58,291 nt of DNA from Saprolegnia diclina VS20 (lineage: Eukaryota), in the NCBI RefSeq assembly GCF_000281045.1, contig NW_008246081.1:303838-362128 (forward strand), given 5' to 3'. The stretch's first letter is position 1, and each line of letters begins with the position of its first letter. The position numbers were made by a program, and so were the translations under genes. Below, in pieces: positions 20,769-34,002 of this stretch. Below the pieces are notes generated by a model. That model searched no databases, was not told where the DNA came from, and saw only the letters and a list, made by a program, of their open reading frames with translations.

Positions 20769-23506
20769 CTAGCCTTGGGCTTGGAACCACGGGTGCTGTG
20801 TCGCAGCGGCCGCCGAGATGCGCTTGGCCGGCACCTTGGTGAGCGCACTCGTCAGCAAGTCCTTGGCTACACCACAGATGAGTGAGTGGAACGCGTTGAA
20901 ACTTGTGTACCGAGCGTCGAGATGGAGCCCCAGAAGGCGTCGCCGTCCCAGTCGATCTCGGCGTGGAGGGTCTTCTGGATAATGTCTTGTTTGGTCTTGC
21001 CAAAGTACGGGAGCTCGCCGCGGAGAAGGAGGTACATGATGACGCCGAGCGACCAAATGTCGGCCTCCTTCCCGTACCCGCTCTGCGCAAGCACTTCGGG
21101 CGCGCAGTAGCTCAGTGTCCCACACGGCATGGTCATGATCTCGTGCGGGTGCGCGAGCTTCGAGAGCCCGAAGTCCGCAATGCGCAAGTCCGTGAGGTTG
21201 TCGCCGCAGAGGATGTTTTCTACGCGATCCGTTTGAAAGTATCAACATGTCAAGTTGATACCGGGTTTGATGTCGCGGTGCGCGATGCCCATCTTGTGCA
21301 AATACGCAACGCTCTCAAAGAGCGGCCGCATGACCGCTTTGGTCTCCTGCACCAAAGACACCACCATGCGCAACATGCCAGGGAAGACCGTGCGTACCGC
21401 CTCCGAGTGCCGGACGCGCCCGACAATCTTGGTGAAAAGCTCGCCGCCCGTGAGGAGCTCGGTGACGATGTAGATGTTTTGCTTGCTCTCAAAGACGTCC
21501 TAGCACCGCGTCACACGGTGTATCATCGCAGACAACACTACGTACATAGAGGCGGATGATGTGCTTGTGCTTGACGAGCCGCAGAATCGCAATCTCGGTG
21601 CGCAAAAGCTCCTTCTCCTGCGCGCCCAGTTGCGTCTTGTCCATGATCTTGACAGCGCACTTGACGTTCTTGGTCTATCCACACGCCATCTTTTCATACA
21701 CATCAACATCCTGAGAGAGATGTATGTACGCGATGTGTGGCTTCGAGGACCCGGGAGAAGCGGCCGTGGCCGAGTTCGCGCCCGAGCGCATAGTACTCGT
21801 CGATCGAAAGCTTGCACGTGGCTTGCTTGAGGCTGGCCACCCACGCGTGGCACTCGTCCTTGGAGCGGGCATAGAGGTACCGCTTCTCGGTCTCATCGCC
21901 AGTCTCCGTGCTCATTTCAATCTCGAAAAAGCCCTGCTTCTCCATCGCGCTGTTGGCTTTGGCCTCGACGTACCGACCGGAGATGAAGATGACGCCTTTG
22001 GGGCGCGTGTCGTCTTGGGCCCTAATCCTCGATGAGTAGGGTTTAAGGTTGCGCTATTCTTTATACAAAAAATAGTAGAGAAAGTTGCCCTTGAGGAGGT
22101 AGTAGCGTTTCTTCATTTGCTTCAAGCGCGTGCCCTTCTTCCAGAGACATCCTTGGTGCACGACCTCGAGTACGGACGGCCGCTTGATACGGAGCTTCCC
22201 GAGACTCTTGATCGCGACCTTGTCGACTTCGGCGATCGCCTACAGTCACACATACTGAGCGGTCGCGACGATTGCAGTATGTGGTATGACAGCCTCGATG
22301 GCCGCCACGACAGACGGCGTCGACGTTGACTTCTTGGCCTGCAAGAGCGTCAGCGATGAAGAAACCTGTCGTGAGGTACCTCGAGAAGCAGCGCTTTCGT
22401 GTCCCGTTGTGCAGTGCTGGCCATTGCTATCAATGCATCTCGCGACGAACGAAGCGCGTACCGTTTGAACGAGTAGAGCTTCTCGGTGCGGACGATGACG
22501 GACGATGATGAGTTGCGACGCGTCATGGGCGGGACCTCCTTGACCGGTGGCAGTGGCGAGATCCTATAAGGCCCGTGCATAGGCTTGTAATGCAGTCGTG
22601 TGTACTCGGCGTGCTTGCTGCCAGTGCTCTTCTCGCTCGTCTCGACCGGAAGAATGCTCATGAGAAACTAGAAATGCGTGTCCAGGCGTGGGCGAGGCAA
22701 GGTTGGCCGACCTCAGAGACGAGTGGCGAGTCGTTGCACCACTTGAGGAACTCGGGGAACGCCATCGAGTCGCCTTTTGCGTGCGCGGAGAATGCCTCGT
22801 CGACGAGCTTCTCGACCGAGTCCGTCTCGTGCGCCCCGAGCTCAAACGCCGTGTCCTACGTGGCATCATTCGGTCCTTCAACTCGCATCAAGCGACGTCG
22901 CACCGTGGCCACTTCGCTCGCGGGCACGTTCGGATCCATCGAGAAGCCGCGGAGGAAGCACATGGCCGACTGAGGAAACTGGTGGATCATGGTGATCATG
23001 TCGCGCTTGGAGATCGCGCCGCGCCTAAGCCATGTCCATTTCATGCTCGCCCATTGTAGAGGTACGGCGACGTACTCGGTCACATCGTAGAGATCAAAGA
23101 TGAACTTGAGCTTCTCTTCACGCGAACCGCTACGGACGAGTGAGCGCATTCGAGGCAGCGTCGTCGCGGATGTACCGGCAGAGCACGGCGAGACCAGCGA
23201 CGAGCTCGTAGAACGAGATGGCACCCGACGCATTCTTGTCAAAGACTGCAAACAGCCGCTCTAAGAGGCTTCGTGAGCCAGCGACCAAAGGCTAGGCGCA
23301 CCGCCGAGGAGGCCTGGCAGCGGGAAGATCTTGAGAAAGCTCGCCTTGTTGACGCCCGTCTCGCTCGACGCGTGCGTGATGCCCCGGTACATTTCGCGCA
23401 TCACATGGATCTCGGGCTCCGTGAAGCGCGTCAGCGCGCGCTTCTCGGCTTCCGTCACGCGGCCCGTCCCGTCCGTGAGGTCGGCGCTGCTGTTGGCGTT
23501 GCCCAT
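20769..23506 (-). CDS. EF-hand + PH + CAMK kinase (CDPK7-like architecture), predicted N-myristoylation
   Basis: MGNANS start; NCS/CBL-like EF hands (FDKNASGAISFYE, REEKLKFIFDLYD); PH domain (GCLWKKGTRLKQMKKRYYLLKGNFLYYF..ECHAWVASL); kinase (LGHGRFSRV, HRDIKP, ADFGLS, CGTLSYCAPE, DIWSLGVI). Confidence 0.88.
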
Positions 23507-23563
23507 CTTGTGGTTTTCGCGAATGGTCCAATTTACGGGCCGAAACCGGCGACTATAACCGGC

Positions 23564-26500
23564 ATGGCGGCGTGGGATCTGCGCGGCCTCGGGACCAAGT
23601 ACCCGTGGCTGACCGTCAACGAGACGACGCTCGCCGACTTTCGCGAGCCCTTTGACTGGAGTCGCGACGAAGAAGACGTCCGGTCCAAGCCGCGGACCAA
23701 TGCAGCGCGCGAGGCCGGTCGCAAGATGGTCCTGGCGCACAGCCGCGACAAGGTCACAGACGCCGTCGTTCTCAAGGAACTGCCCACGCGCAATCGACCA
23801 AAAGCGGCGATCGACAGCCTCGACGCGATCGTGCACGAGACAAAGGCGCTCGTGGTTGCCAAGCCCTGGCAGGCGCCAGTGATCGCGCACACCCGCCAGA
23901 AACGACAGCCGCCGCCGACCACGACCATGTATGTCACACTAACGCCGAGCAAACGAAGGCCAATACCACACATATAGCAAGGCACCGCGAAAGGAAGCGC
24001 CGCGCTTGCCGACGACGCAGCGCCTGAACGCTGCGCGGCGGGTCGCCGAGGACGACGAGAGCCATCTGCGGGTAGATGCCCTTGCGTTGCGGCGCGCACT
24101 CATGTGATGGCTAGGCGCTGCTGGCGCAGCAGATCGAAGCGCAGCGCGCGACGCTGCCGCTCACGTTTCTCTTTGAGCGCAACATGACCGAGTACTGCAA
24201 AGCCAAAGGTGTCGCGACGATCATGGCCGTCTTCTCCAAGCTCCAGGTGCTGGGCGCAACGCAAAGCCTTCTCAGCGTCTCTGCGTGCTAGAACAAGTAC
24301 CTCGACGAAGGTCTGCGACGCTGGAAGCACCACACGTAGGCCGTACCGACGAGAGAAGTTTGCACAACCTGCCGTAGAACCTCGCGGCGCGCCGCCGACA
24401 CCAAGGCCAGAGTCCAAGCCCAGATGCAGGCGCGGGCCGTTCAGCTGTTTCAGCGCGTCGCGGGCGGCTGCTTGCTCGGGAACCTCCGCACCGCGTACAC
24501 AAGGTCCTCCTTCACTGCGTAGTCGAAGTGTCACAGCGTCGGCGTAGGTGGGTCGACACGACGCATGCGCTCGTGGCTGCTCAGCGGAACCGCGCCGCCA
24601 TCCGCATTCAAGTGCATGTCAAACGACGGCGGTGCGTCGATGACGCGACAGTCGCTGGCTCATGCTTATCACAGCGACATGGCCGTCCTCGCACAGCTCA
24701 AGCTCGCCCGCGATGCCCGCAAAGCGCGCAACACACAGCTCGTTTTGGACGTACGCCCCGCTTGTGGGTTGGCAAAGAGGACTCAAAACGCGGTAGCTCT
24801 TGCTGTTCGAAGCCACGGGCTACGCGCAATTGTGGATGATCCGCCGCCAAGCCACCGCGATCCGCGACCGACAGGCCATCGAAGCACAGCTCCACGCCGC
24901 ATGCGCCGTCGCCATCCAGCGCCGGTACCGCGGCCACCGCGCGCGCCACTTTGTGCACGAGCTGCGCATCGCCCGCCACGAGGCCGAGCGCGCACGCGTC
25001 CAGGCCGAGCTCATGTACCTCGCCACCTTACGCGCCGCCGCCATTGTCATCCAGTGCGCCGTACGGGTCTTCCTGGCCAAGATTGCGCTCTACGACGCCC
25101 GCATGCGCGCACGCATTCGCAGCGAGAACGCTCTCCTCATCCAAGTACGTCCATGTACGACCACAGCGCGCTTAGCATTGCACGTGATTAGCGTGCGTGG
25201 CGCACGAGCAAAGGCCAGAAAGTGCTGGCAACGCGGTTCGCCAAGCGGCAGTTGACGCTCGCCGTAGCCTCGCTGTGCATCGCCGTCGCCTGACGACACT
25301 GTAGGAGCAAGCGGAGAGGGAACGCTACATGGCCAAGCAGCGGCTCTTGGCTGAGATTGAAGTGAGGCGGCAGGCGGCAGCCACCACGATCCAGCGTCGC
25401 GCGCGGGGTATCTTGGGCCGACGCCGTGCGCAGAGCCGGCGCTACGAGATCGCACTCGACGCAGCGGCGCGGCGGGTCCAAGCTTCGTGGCGCAAGTCCA
25501 CAGGCCGGTACGACACCATATTTGTCACAATTATCTGACATTTTGTTTAGGTTTGCTCTGCATTTGCGGTTCTTGGCCCAGAAAGAGCGGCTCGCAGCCC
25601 GTCGCCTCGATGCTGCCGTCTGCATTCAATGCGCGTTTCGGTGCTTCTACGCCACGCAGCGCGTTCGTATCTTGCGCCGTGAGCGACAGGCGCGACTCGA
25701 TGAAGCCGCGCGGCAAGTGGCGTGGGCGCGCAAGCAAGTCGAGAGTGCGCTGCGGATCCAGTGCCTCTACCGCGGCTACAAAGTGCGAGCAAAAGTCGCC
25801 GCTTGGCATGCGGCCGCCACGTCGATACAGTGCATGGTGCGACAACACTTTGCCCGTGCGGTACGACGTACTCGCGAGATCGAACTGCGTCAACTCCAAG
25901 CCCGGCAACACGCAGCGGCCGTCACGATCCAGCGGATCCAGCGGGGGCGCAAGGGACGGCGCCGCGCGAAAGCTGAAGCCGAGGCCCAGCGCCGTGCGGC
26001 CGAGCAGCGCCAGCAGTCGGCCAGTCGCATCCAAAGCCGGTACTGTCTTTACCATAGCGAAAGCGTTCTACAGGTGCGTAGGCTGCGTGGCAACCAGTCG
26101 CGAACGGCACTGCGGACGCTACACCGGGCGCAGCAAGTGGTGCTCGCGCAGCAGCGACGCACGACAAGCCGTGCGCCGTCGCCACTCGCAAAGCTTCTCA
26201 GCAGCTTGCCGCTCTCGGCGCTGACGTTGACTCACGTCGCCGCCATTGACGACGGCATTACAGCTGCAACGCTTGCGATGCAGCGCGAAGACCGCGCCGT
26301 GACGCGAATCCAGTGTCTCTACCGTGGCCGCAACGGGCGCTTCGCCTACCACCTCCTCCTTGAGGTCGGGCGTCGTTGCTCGAACCATTCTCACGGTGCG
26401 TAGGCTAAATACCGGCGGGACCTCTTGGAGGCAGCGAGCGCTACCCAGATCCAGCGTCGGGTTCGTGGTCGCATGGGCCGCGCTCTCGTTGCCAAGGTTC

Positions 26501-28381
26501 GAGCGCGCAAGCAGCACCACGTACGAGAAGCATAAGGAGAAGACAGAGGCGTCTCACCCAAAAATGACAGGAGACGGCGCTCGCGTACAAGCGGTCGCTG
26601 GCGGCGCGTGAAGCCAAAGAAAAGTGGCTCATGGACGTCGACATGGAGAAATTCCGCGCCCAAGTCGAGAAGGAGCGCGCGCTCGAACACGCGCTGCGCA
26701 TCGCCCGCGCCGAAGCCGACCTCGCGCGCGTCCAAGCCGAAGCGCTTGAGCTCCAGAAGCGCATTGCCGACACCAACGTACGTGCTCTTGAAGCGACGTC
26801 ATTGACGTTGAGCTAGAAACAACTGGCCGATGAGAAAGCGAGCGCGTGGGACGAAGTGACCGACAGCTACGGCTACGTCTACTACAGCAACCGACTCACA
26901 GGCGAGACGTCGTGGGAGATTCCTAGCCGAGCGGCCAAGAAGGCAAAAGTCGCAGACGGCGCACCGCCCAAGACCCCGGACGCGTGGGAAGAGCTGTACA
27001 ACCCCAACACGGGCCAAATGTACTTCCACAACCGCGCGACAGGCGAGACAAAGTGGACACCGACGGACGACGCACCACCCGTTGGTGACGCGGCATCGAT
27101 AGCCCCACCCAAGGAGCCCGAGCCTGCCTCGAGGCCGTCGACACCCGCCGCTCGCCTTGCCACGCCCAAGCCAGCTACCCCCAAGCCTGCCACACCGTCC
27201 GTACCGGAGGTTGCCAAGCGTCTCTGCTGGTGCTGCAAGAAGGCCAGCGCGGTGAAAGAGTGCGTGCACTGCCCCACCCCCAACGTCGCGTACTGTTCGT
27301 CGTGCTTCGCCAAGGAGCATCGAGCCGAGACCAAGCGCGCACACGACTTCAAGCCGCTTCTCGCTGACGGCACGCGCGAGGTATGAGCCGTCCATGGCTG
27401 CTGCTCGCTTACCATCGAGCGTAGCATGCAAAGTGCCAACACTGCGACGCCTTGGCCACGTACCATTGCCCAGCGTGCGACGCCGGCACCCGCTTCAGCT
27501 GCGACGATTGCTTTCAGCTGCGGCACGCGACGGCAGAAAGGCTCACGCACAAGCCGCTGCACTTTAGCTCCAGCGCGTCGCTGTGCTCGCACTGCGTAGC
27601 GAGCGAGCGCTGCGTCGCGCAGCGCATCTGCCACGACTGCCACGACAAATTTTGTCCCGACTGCGCCGCGGCGGTCCATGCCTCTGGGAAGAAGAAACTC
27701 CATCACATTGAGCTTCTCAATGTGCTCAAGGTGGACTTGGCGCCGCTCGAGACGTACTGCATCCGGTGCGACGTTGATGTCGCTGTCCGTTTCTGCAACC
27801 TCTGCGGCGACAACTTTTGTGTCGCGTGCTACGAGACGGAGCACGCAAGGGGGCGCAAGGCCGAACACACGTACATTCTCTGCAGCGACGCGGCGACGGC
27901 CGGGGACTGGGTCGAGATTTTCGACGAAAAGAGGGGCGGGCACCTCTACTACAACCTCGTGACCAAAGAAACAGTTGAGGCCAAGCCATCGGTGCTGCTG
28001 CTGGGACTCGAGCGCCACCGCGACGGCATCGCAGAGAGTCTTCGCGAGAAGAAGAAGAAGGAGGTCGAGCGCGAGAGTGAGCTTGTCGCACTCCGGGAGA
28101 CCGTCAAGGCGCTTCAAGAAGAGAAGGAACTCGAGCGCCGGTACCGCGAACAGCAAGCGATCCTCGAAGACGACCCGGAACTGCTCACGACCAAGCCGAA
28201 AAAAGCGTGGTGGAAGTCCAAGGCGCAAGTCGAGAAGGAAAAGAAGGAGCGCGAAGACAAGGTCGTCATGGCCCTCCTCGTGACCAACCAGCGCAAAGCC
28301 AAGATGCACCAAGAGGCCATGGAGATGGGTTCGTCGACGTACGCGACCGCGATCCTCGACAGCGTCATTCAGCCCACGTAG
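23564..28381 (+). CDS. Large IQ-repeat / WW / B-box zinc-finger scaffold protein, many introns
   Basis: More than 10 IQxxxRG motifs (24600-26480). Three WW domains (WDEVTDSYGYVYYSNRLTGETSWEIP; WEELYNPNTGQMYFHNRATGETKWTP; WVEIFDEKRGGHLYYNLVTKET). Four B-box-like C/H arrays. Exons from ATG 23564 appear joinable by GT-AG introns, but the 5' part could be a separate gene. Confidence 0.75.
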
Positions 28382-28875
28382 AGCACTTGACTCAGTTTTG
28401 ATCCACGTAGTTAGGCGTTTGTGTCGTACTATGAGCCGCCTCGCGTGAGGTAGCTATTATCAAGAGCATCGATTTTCCCTTGCGATCCAGTTGACGTGTC
28501 GAGATAAGGTAGGAATCCTGCTATACTATTCGAGTGATTTGATTCTGAGTGAAGTGACGGGTGTCACTTGAGCTTGGTGCGGCGGCAAATCAGAGCTACA
28601 GAGGGCCATGAGTCCACCGCCGAGAGCGCGGTAGCCTACGCGACGCCGTAGTTTGCGACGGCGGCTTGGTGGGCTTGGGTGGTGATACGACCTGTCGAGC
28701 ATCCGAGCATTGACATTTGTGTCGGTGACGCTAAGAAGAACGTACCCGTATGACCTGACACGCACGCGTCGGCGGTGAAAACTCCTACGACAACCCGTGC
28801 TCCTCGAATAAGACGACATACAGTGACGTACCTGCACAATGTACTGCGGATGGCTGCGCTGTGGCTGCTTGCGGG

Positions 28876-30427
28876 TCACAGGAATCGGCTGCGTCTGTCG
28901 GTCTTGGATCTTGGTCTAGGAACAAAACTCAGCCATGGATCCAGGCACGCAGTCGTACTTCCTTGGGCTTCCACAGGGTTGTCGGAGAGGTGCCCACCGC
29001 CATCGACGGGTTGCAGGTGGCCTGTCTCGAGGTTGCTCGCTTTCCAGCACTGCTGGCGCACGACTGGGCCGTAGCGGGACGGGTTTCGCTACGAACCAGT
29101 AGGCGCCATGAGCTCGGTCTAAGCACATACCAATCTTTGGCGTTCGCGACAGGAGCGGTAATGGCTACACGTGTGTTGTACGTGTCGTTGGTAGTGTGTC
29201 AAAACGTACCTGGCATCTCGGCCGACCGCGCAGACGAAGGCCGACTGTCTTCATCCCGAGACGGGTGTCGTACCTTGACGCCTGGCATCGGCACGAGGCA
29301 CTCGACCGAGTGCACTGCGTTCTCCGGTATTCGCTACAACCGCGACCTCGCACGTGCAATGGCAGAGAATGAGCCAACCATGTGCGTGTTTTCCTTGAAG
29401 CTCCGCCGCTCCGCGATACTTTGCACCGACATGGACGACCGGGCGCCGTCCTGCCAGCCCGTCGCCGGGTCGTGTTGCCGCGTCGGCTGGCGGCGCCGAC
29501 TTGACGCGCGCGGCTCGCCAATGTCAGAGACATTGAATTCAATGAGCACGGCGTCGTCCGCGGGGTCGATGGCCTCTGGCGCCATCGTGCAGGACAGAGT
29601 ACTAGGACGTTTTTTCTTCTTTGGGGCCGGCACTCGGTGCCGCTCGGGTGCTGGCTTGAGGGGCACTTCGTCTTCCGGTGGCGTCGCCGCTTCTCGTAGC
29701 AGTCGAAGAAGCGCCTGCCGCCGGCTGGCTTCGGCCAACCGGACGTCTGCGGGGCACTCGGGCTCGGGCACTTGCACGACCTGCGCTTCCTTGACGAGGC
29801 GCTTCTTGTTGGGACTCGAGGACTGCCTTCGAGGCGACGTCGCACTAGACGACCCAACCGAATGCGTCTCGATCACGTTCTATACACGCCACTTAGACCA
29901 CGACGAACGGGGCGACGAGATTACGGCGGCGGGTGGTGCAGCAAACACGACGTCTCCTGGCTCGGTGTTGTGCTGACTGGCTGCCGTGCTCGCTCGCGAT
30001 GGACTAGCCGCCCAAGATACATCCAGCGTCGAGCACCACAGTCGGTGTACCTCAGTGGCCCGTGCTTACTGGCGGTCATGGGTTTCATTGGCGTCATCTT
30101 GCGCGCCCATAGGTCCACGTCCTGCGGGCGACCTTCGTCGGCGTTGACGCCGCCATCGTAGAAAGCGCACTGATTCCGCCAAGCGAGCTCAATGACCGAC
30201 GCCAGCTCAAGGACGACGCCGCCGATGCGCTGCGCCGTGTAGCTGAAGAGGCGGCGGTTTAAATAGTTGTCATACACGATCGCAGCGCCGGCCGTGACGA
30301 TGGCAGCAACGGCGTCGGCAGCGGCGTCGTCGGCCATCTCGGTCGCCGTCACCAGCGTCGGCGGCTGCACGGGCGGCGGGTCCACCGGCGCCGGCGCCCG
30401 CGTCGAGGCCCTTTCGCCGTTTCGCAT
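28876..30427 (-). CDS. Uncharacterised protein with a C2orf81/DUF4639-like N-terminal segment; 3' end uncertain
   Basis: VAAIVTAGAAIVYDNYLNRRLFSYTAQRI..FYDGG..DEGRPQDVDLWAR resembles the DUF4639 core. Downstream low-complexity exons include ORF 29334-29876. Confidence 0.45.
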
Positions 30428-30956
30428 CGCGAAGTCGTCTTTGCCAGCGAGGGGTTTCGCATTTCCCACATATGCCACATGACACGCATGTGGGAAACCG
30501 ACGTGGGATAGGTGGGATAAAAATTGGGCGAGCACTCTCGCTGGAGAGGCGCGGTCGGCGGCCGCATCGCACAAAAATATGAAGTCGCTCCAACTTAGCT
30601 CATCCAGAGAGGTTACTCTAGGAAGCATTTTGCGCTATGCCACGTCGGCGAATGCGGCGTACAGCCCGCGCAATTACCCTGGCAACTCAATATGGTACAT
30701 GCCATATTTAGACACATATAACCAGAATTAGTCGCCTGTCGCGCAAGCGTGTCAAAACGCTGGTCGGCCCAAGGTAGACATGGCTTGAGACACCTGACGA
30801 CACGCGGACCTTTCTTACGAGTCGATGCCATTATATAAGAGCGGCTGCGCTGTGGGCTCGCGAGAGATTTGCGCGACCGCAGCATGGCCCAGGCGAAGCC
30901 ATCTGGTCGGGTGGCTAAATTTTTGGCTCTCTCGCACTCCAGCAATCTTCGACGCG

Positions 30957-31733
30957 ATGCTCGAAGTGCCCGTGTGGATCCCGATTCTCGCGTTCGCCGT
31001 CGGCCTTGGCCTTGGCCTGCTCATCCCGCACCTCCAGAAGCCGTTCCAGCGCTTCTCGACCGTCAATGATATCCCGAAAGAGTTCTTTGAGCAAGAGCGC
31101 ACGCTACGCGGCAAAGTCGTCTCGGTCACGGACGGCGACACGATTCGCGTCCGACACATGCCGTGGCTCGCCAAGTACACTCGCGGTCGCGGCCTCCTCG
31201 CACTCATATCTCTCGATGCTACTAGTGGCGATGGCGACTTTAAGGGCAAGCTCACCGAGACCACCTTGCAGCTGCGCGTCGCGGGCGTCGGTACATGTCC
31301 TGCATCCATCCGAGAGTGCACTCATCCTACCTGCCCAGATTGCCCGGAGACGGCCAAGTTTGGGCGCACCGGGCAGCCGTTTGGCGAAGAGGCCAAGGCG
31401 TGGCTAAAGGGCGAGCTGCAAGACCAAGTCGTGAGCTTCAAGCTGCTCATGAAGGACCAGTACAGCCGCGCAGGTGCGATGCCATCCACAGCGCCTTCTG
31501 ACGATGACTATGTAGTTTGTATGGTCTACTACGGGTCGTGGGCGTCGCCGACGAATGTCTCGGAGGAGCTCCTGCGCCAAGGCTATGCCAACATTTACCG
31601 CCAGAGCGGTGCTGTCTACGGCGGTCTCCTTGAGACCTTTGAGGCGCTCGAGGCAGAGGCCCGCGAGAAGCGTGTCCATATCTGGAGCCTCGACAAGCGC
31701 GAGACGCCAGCACAGTACAAGGCCCGCAAGTAG
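30957..31733 (+). CDS. Staphylococcal nuclease (SNase/LCL3-like) with N-terminal membrane anchor
   Basis: GKVVSVTDGDTIRV, spliced RVAGVDCPE, QPFGEEAK, DQYSR, EELLRQGYA, EAEAREKRVHIW. Introns at 31175-31225, 31291-31338 and 31474-31515. Confidence 0.92.
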   Translation: MLEVPVWIPILAFAVGLGLGLLIPHLQKPFQRFSTVNDIPKEFFEQERTLRGKVVSVTDGDTIRVRHMPWLAKYTRGRGLLALISLDATSGDGDFKGKLTETTLQLRVAGVGTCPASIRECTHPTCPDCPETAKFGRTGQPFGEEAKAWLKGELQDQVVSFKLLMKDQYSRAGAMPSTAPSDDDYVVCMVYYGSWASPTNVSEELLRQGYANIYRQSGAVYGGLLETFEALEAEAREKRVHIWSLDKRETPAQYKARK

Positions 31734-31823
31734 ACGAGTCATTTTGACACTTTCAGATTTCGATTCAAAACCTCTCGAAAAAATCACAAAATACAACAAT
31801 CGCATAACCCAATTGCCGACGAT

Positions 31824-33356
31824 TCACTGCCGATTCAAGTCGCACAACACAAAACTCGCATCGGAGAGCATTTCCTGCATGTCGGCCTCGACAGCGTCGC
31901 GAATCGAGAGTTCCGTGGCGGACAGCGGGCCCTGCGACACCCGCCCAACGTCGCCAGTGAGCCCTGCCCCTATAGGCGCCAGCCCGTCAAAGTACGAGTT
32001 GGCCCACTTGGTGCGCGGTCGCTGCGCTGTTTCCAGTGCTCGCTGTGGCGATCGTCGCGGCTCGGTGCTGTGCTCTTCGAGTGCACTCACGAGCTCAAAG
32101 AGCGAGAGCTCGTAGAACCTATGGGCGCCGTTTGTCACCACAGTATCAAGTCGATAGATCGATACTCGCTGTCGACGAGCGAGGGTGGCAGCACGGGCGT
32201 CTGTTTCTTGTAGAGGTGCTCTTGGCGCAAGCAAGGTTCGTCGTCCTCAGTGTTGCACCCAATCTATATGCAAAGCACGACGTGGACAAAGCCATGTACG
32301 CGTCAATTTGGACCTCGCGAAGCAGGCCGCGGGCCTCCCACTGCGTCCCGACATCTTGGCGGCTGGCCGCGCCAAAGAGCCGGTGGGCGACCTTCTCGGG
32401 GGACCCTGGCGTCAAAAGCGCGTCCTCGAGTCGGCTTTTCCACATGTGCACGATGCGCTGGACGTTGGCGTCTGGCGTCGACGTGGTGTTGAGCAGCGAA
32501 GAGAGGTCGATCGAGTGCTCGAGGGAGTGATGCAAGCGCTCCTGTTCCTGGGGTCCACGCGTGAGCCGCGCAGTCGGCATGGTCGAGAACCACCTCTTCC
32601 ATCGTGCCCAGCATCTTGGTCATTGTGTCGTACTGTGACGCGATCTCTCGGTGCTTGCTTTTCTCGAGCTCGAGCTCCTGACGCGCCGCGTCAAGGTCGA
32701 GTCGCAGTTGCTGCGCTGCGTGGCGGTGGCTGGCCTCGACGTGCGCACTCGCGTCGCCGTGGCGAGCGATCTCCTCTTTGAAGGCAGCCATATCGGCCTA
32801 CTCGATCACTGCAGTCATCGTAGCGTCATCCTCGAGCGTACGTGGCAGCGGTCGAGGGCGTCCAGCGCGTGTTCGAGCTGCAGCTGCTCGCGCTCGGATT
32901 TTTTCTGCAAACCCTGCACGCGGCTTTGGTAGGTCTGGATCACCTCGAGCGCTTGGTTGAGCTTCGACTCGAGGTCTAAAGAAGCAGCGTCCAAGTGCCA
33001 TGGACAGGGCTATCGGGCAAGCTACCTTGGTGGCGATGCTGGAGGTCGGCGTGCTTGGCCGAGAGGTCCTGGAGCTCACAGCGCTTGGCGTCGTTTTCGC
33101 CGCTTACTTTGATGAGCTGGCGCACGAGCTTCCCGACCTTGTGCTTGTCTTCGCTGCAGAGATCGCCGATGCGCACGGGGGCGATGGCCACGCGCGCCGT
33201 TGCTTCCGGGTGCGCGGCCGAGACGGTCTGCCGCAGCTGCTTCCACTGGGACGCGGCTGTCGCCGAGAACGGGATCTCGACCTTGCGCAGCTTCTTCACC
33301 TTCGCGTCGTCCATCTTGGTCGGCGCCCGGCCTTGGCTCCAGCGCGGCTTGTCCAT
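31824..33356 (-). CDS. Hinderin/KIAA1328-like coiled-coil protein, spliced
   Basis: RIGDLCSEDKHKVGKLVRQLIKV resembles the hinderin motif LKDLCxEDKRRIANLIKELARV, followed by coiled-coil exons. Confidence 0.6.
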
Positions 33357-34002
33357 GCCGCAGGTCGTCGGATCGCAAATCTTCCAGAGCAAACCACACC
33401 GCTATATAGTGTCAATAAAAAATACTGTGCTGCTCTGTGTTACCAACCCTCTTACCGCGATTACATGAACATGCAGCGCATTAGCACCAAGGCGGGCAAG
33501 GCCGCCTGCAAGAGGTGACGTGGCGCCACGATGCTGCAGCTCCGTTGAGTGGCGCAAGGCTCCGCGACGAACGCATGGCGGCGAGCCTCGGGTCGCTCGT
33601 CTCGGAGCCTGACCTACTGCTTGTAGCATTGGGCGAGGTCGTCGTGCACTTCGTCGTGCATGCGAGGATGGGGTCCAAGCCCGTGGGCTGAAGCCGCAAT
33701 CTGTTGCAGGTTGCTCTGTAGAGACAATGGTACTGCACGTGGAAGACGCCAAGGACGGGTGCACAGTGATGGCCTCGGACTAGCACACAGCAGCCCTGCT
33801 CTACACTCGGACAAGCTTTCGCTGTGGTGCTGGGTCCCGTAGCGTGCTTGAACAGCCCCTTCAGGCGACAGCGTCGCGCGACGAGGAGGGTGGGCAGTAG
33901 TACACTATTTGGGTGCGGATGCATCCGGATAACCGAGGCCGTTTGATGTTGACGCCTTCACTTTCCGTTCGACCTCTTGGGGCTTAGACGACACCAACTG
34001 CG

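Noticed and set aside
33402..33924. Short Cys-rich ORFs upstream of PGM3
   Set aside because: No recognisable motif and no consistent gene model.
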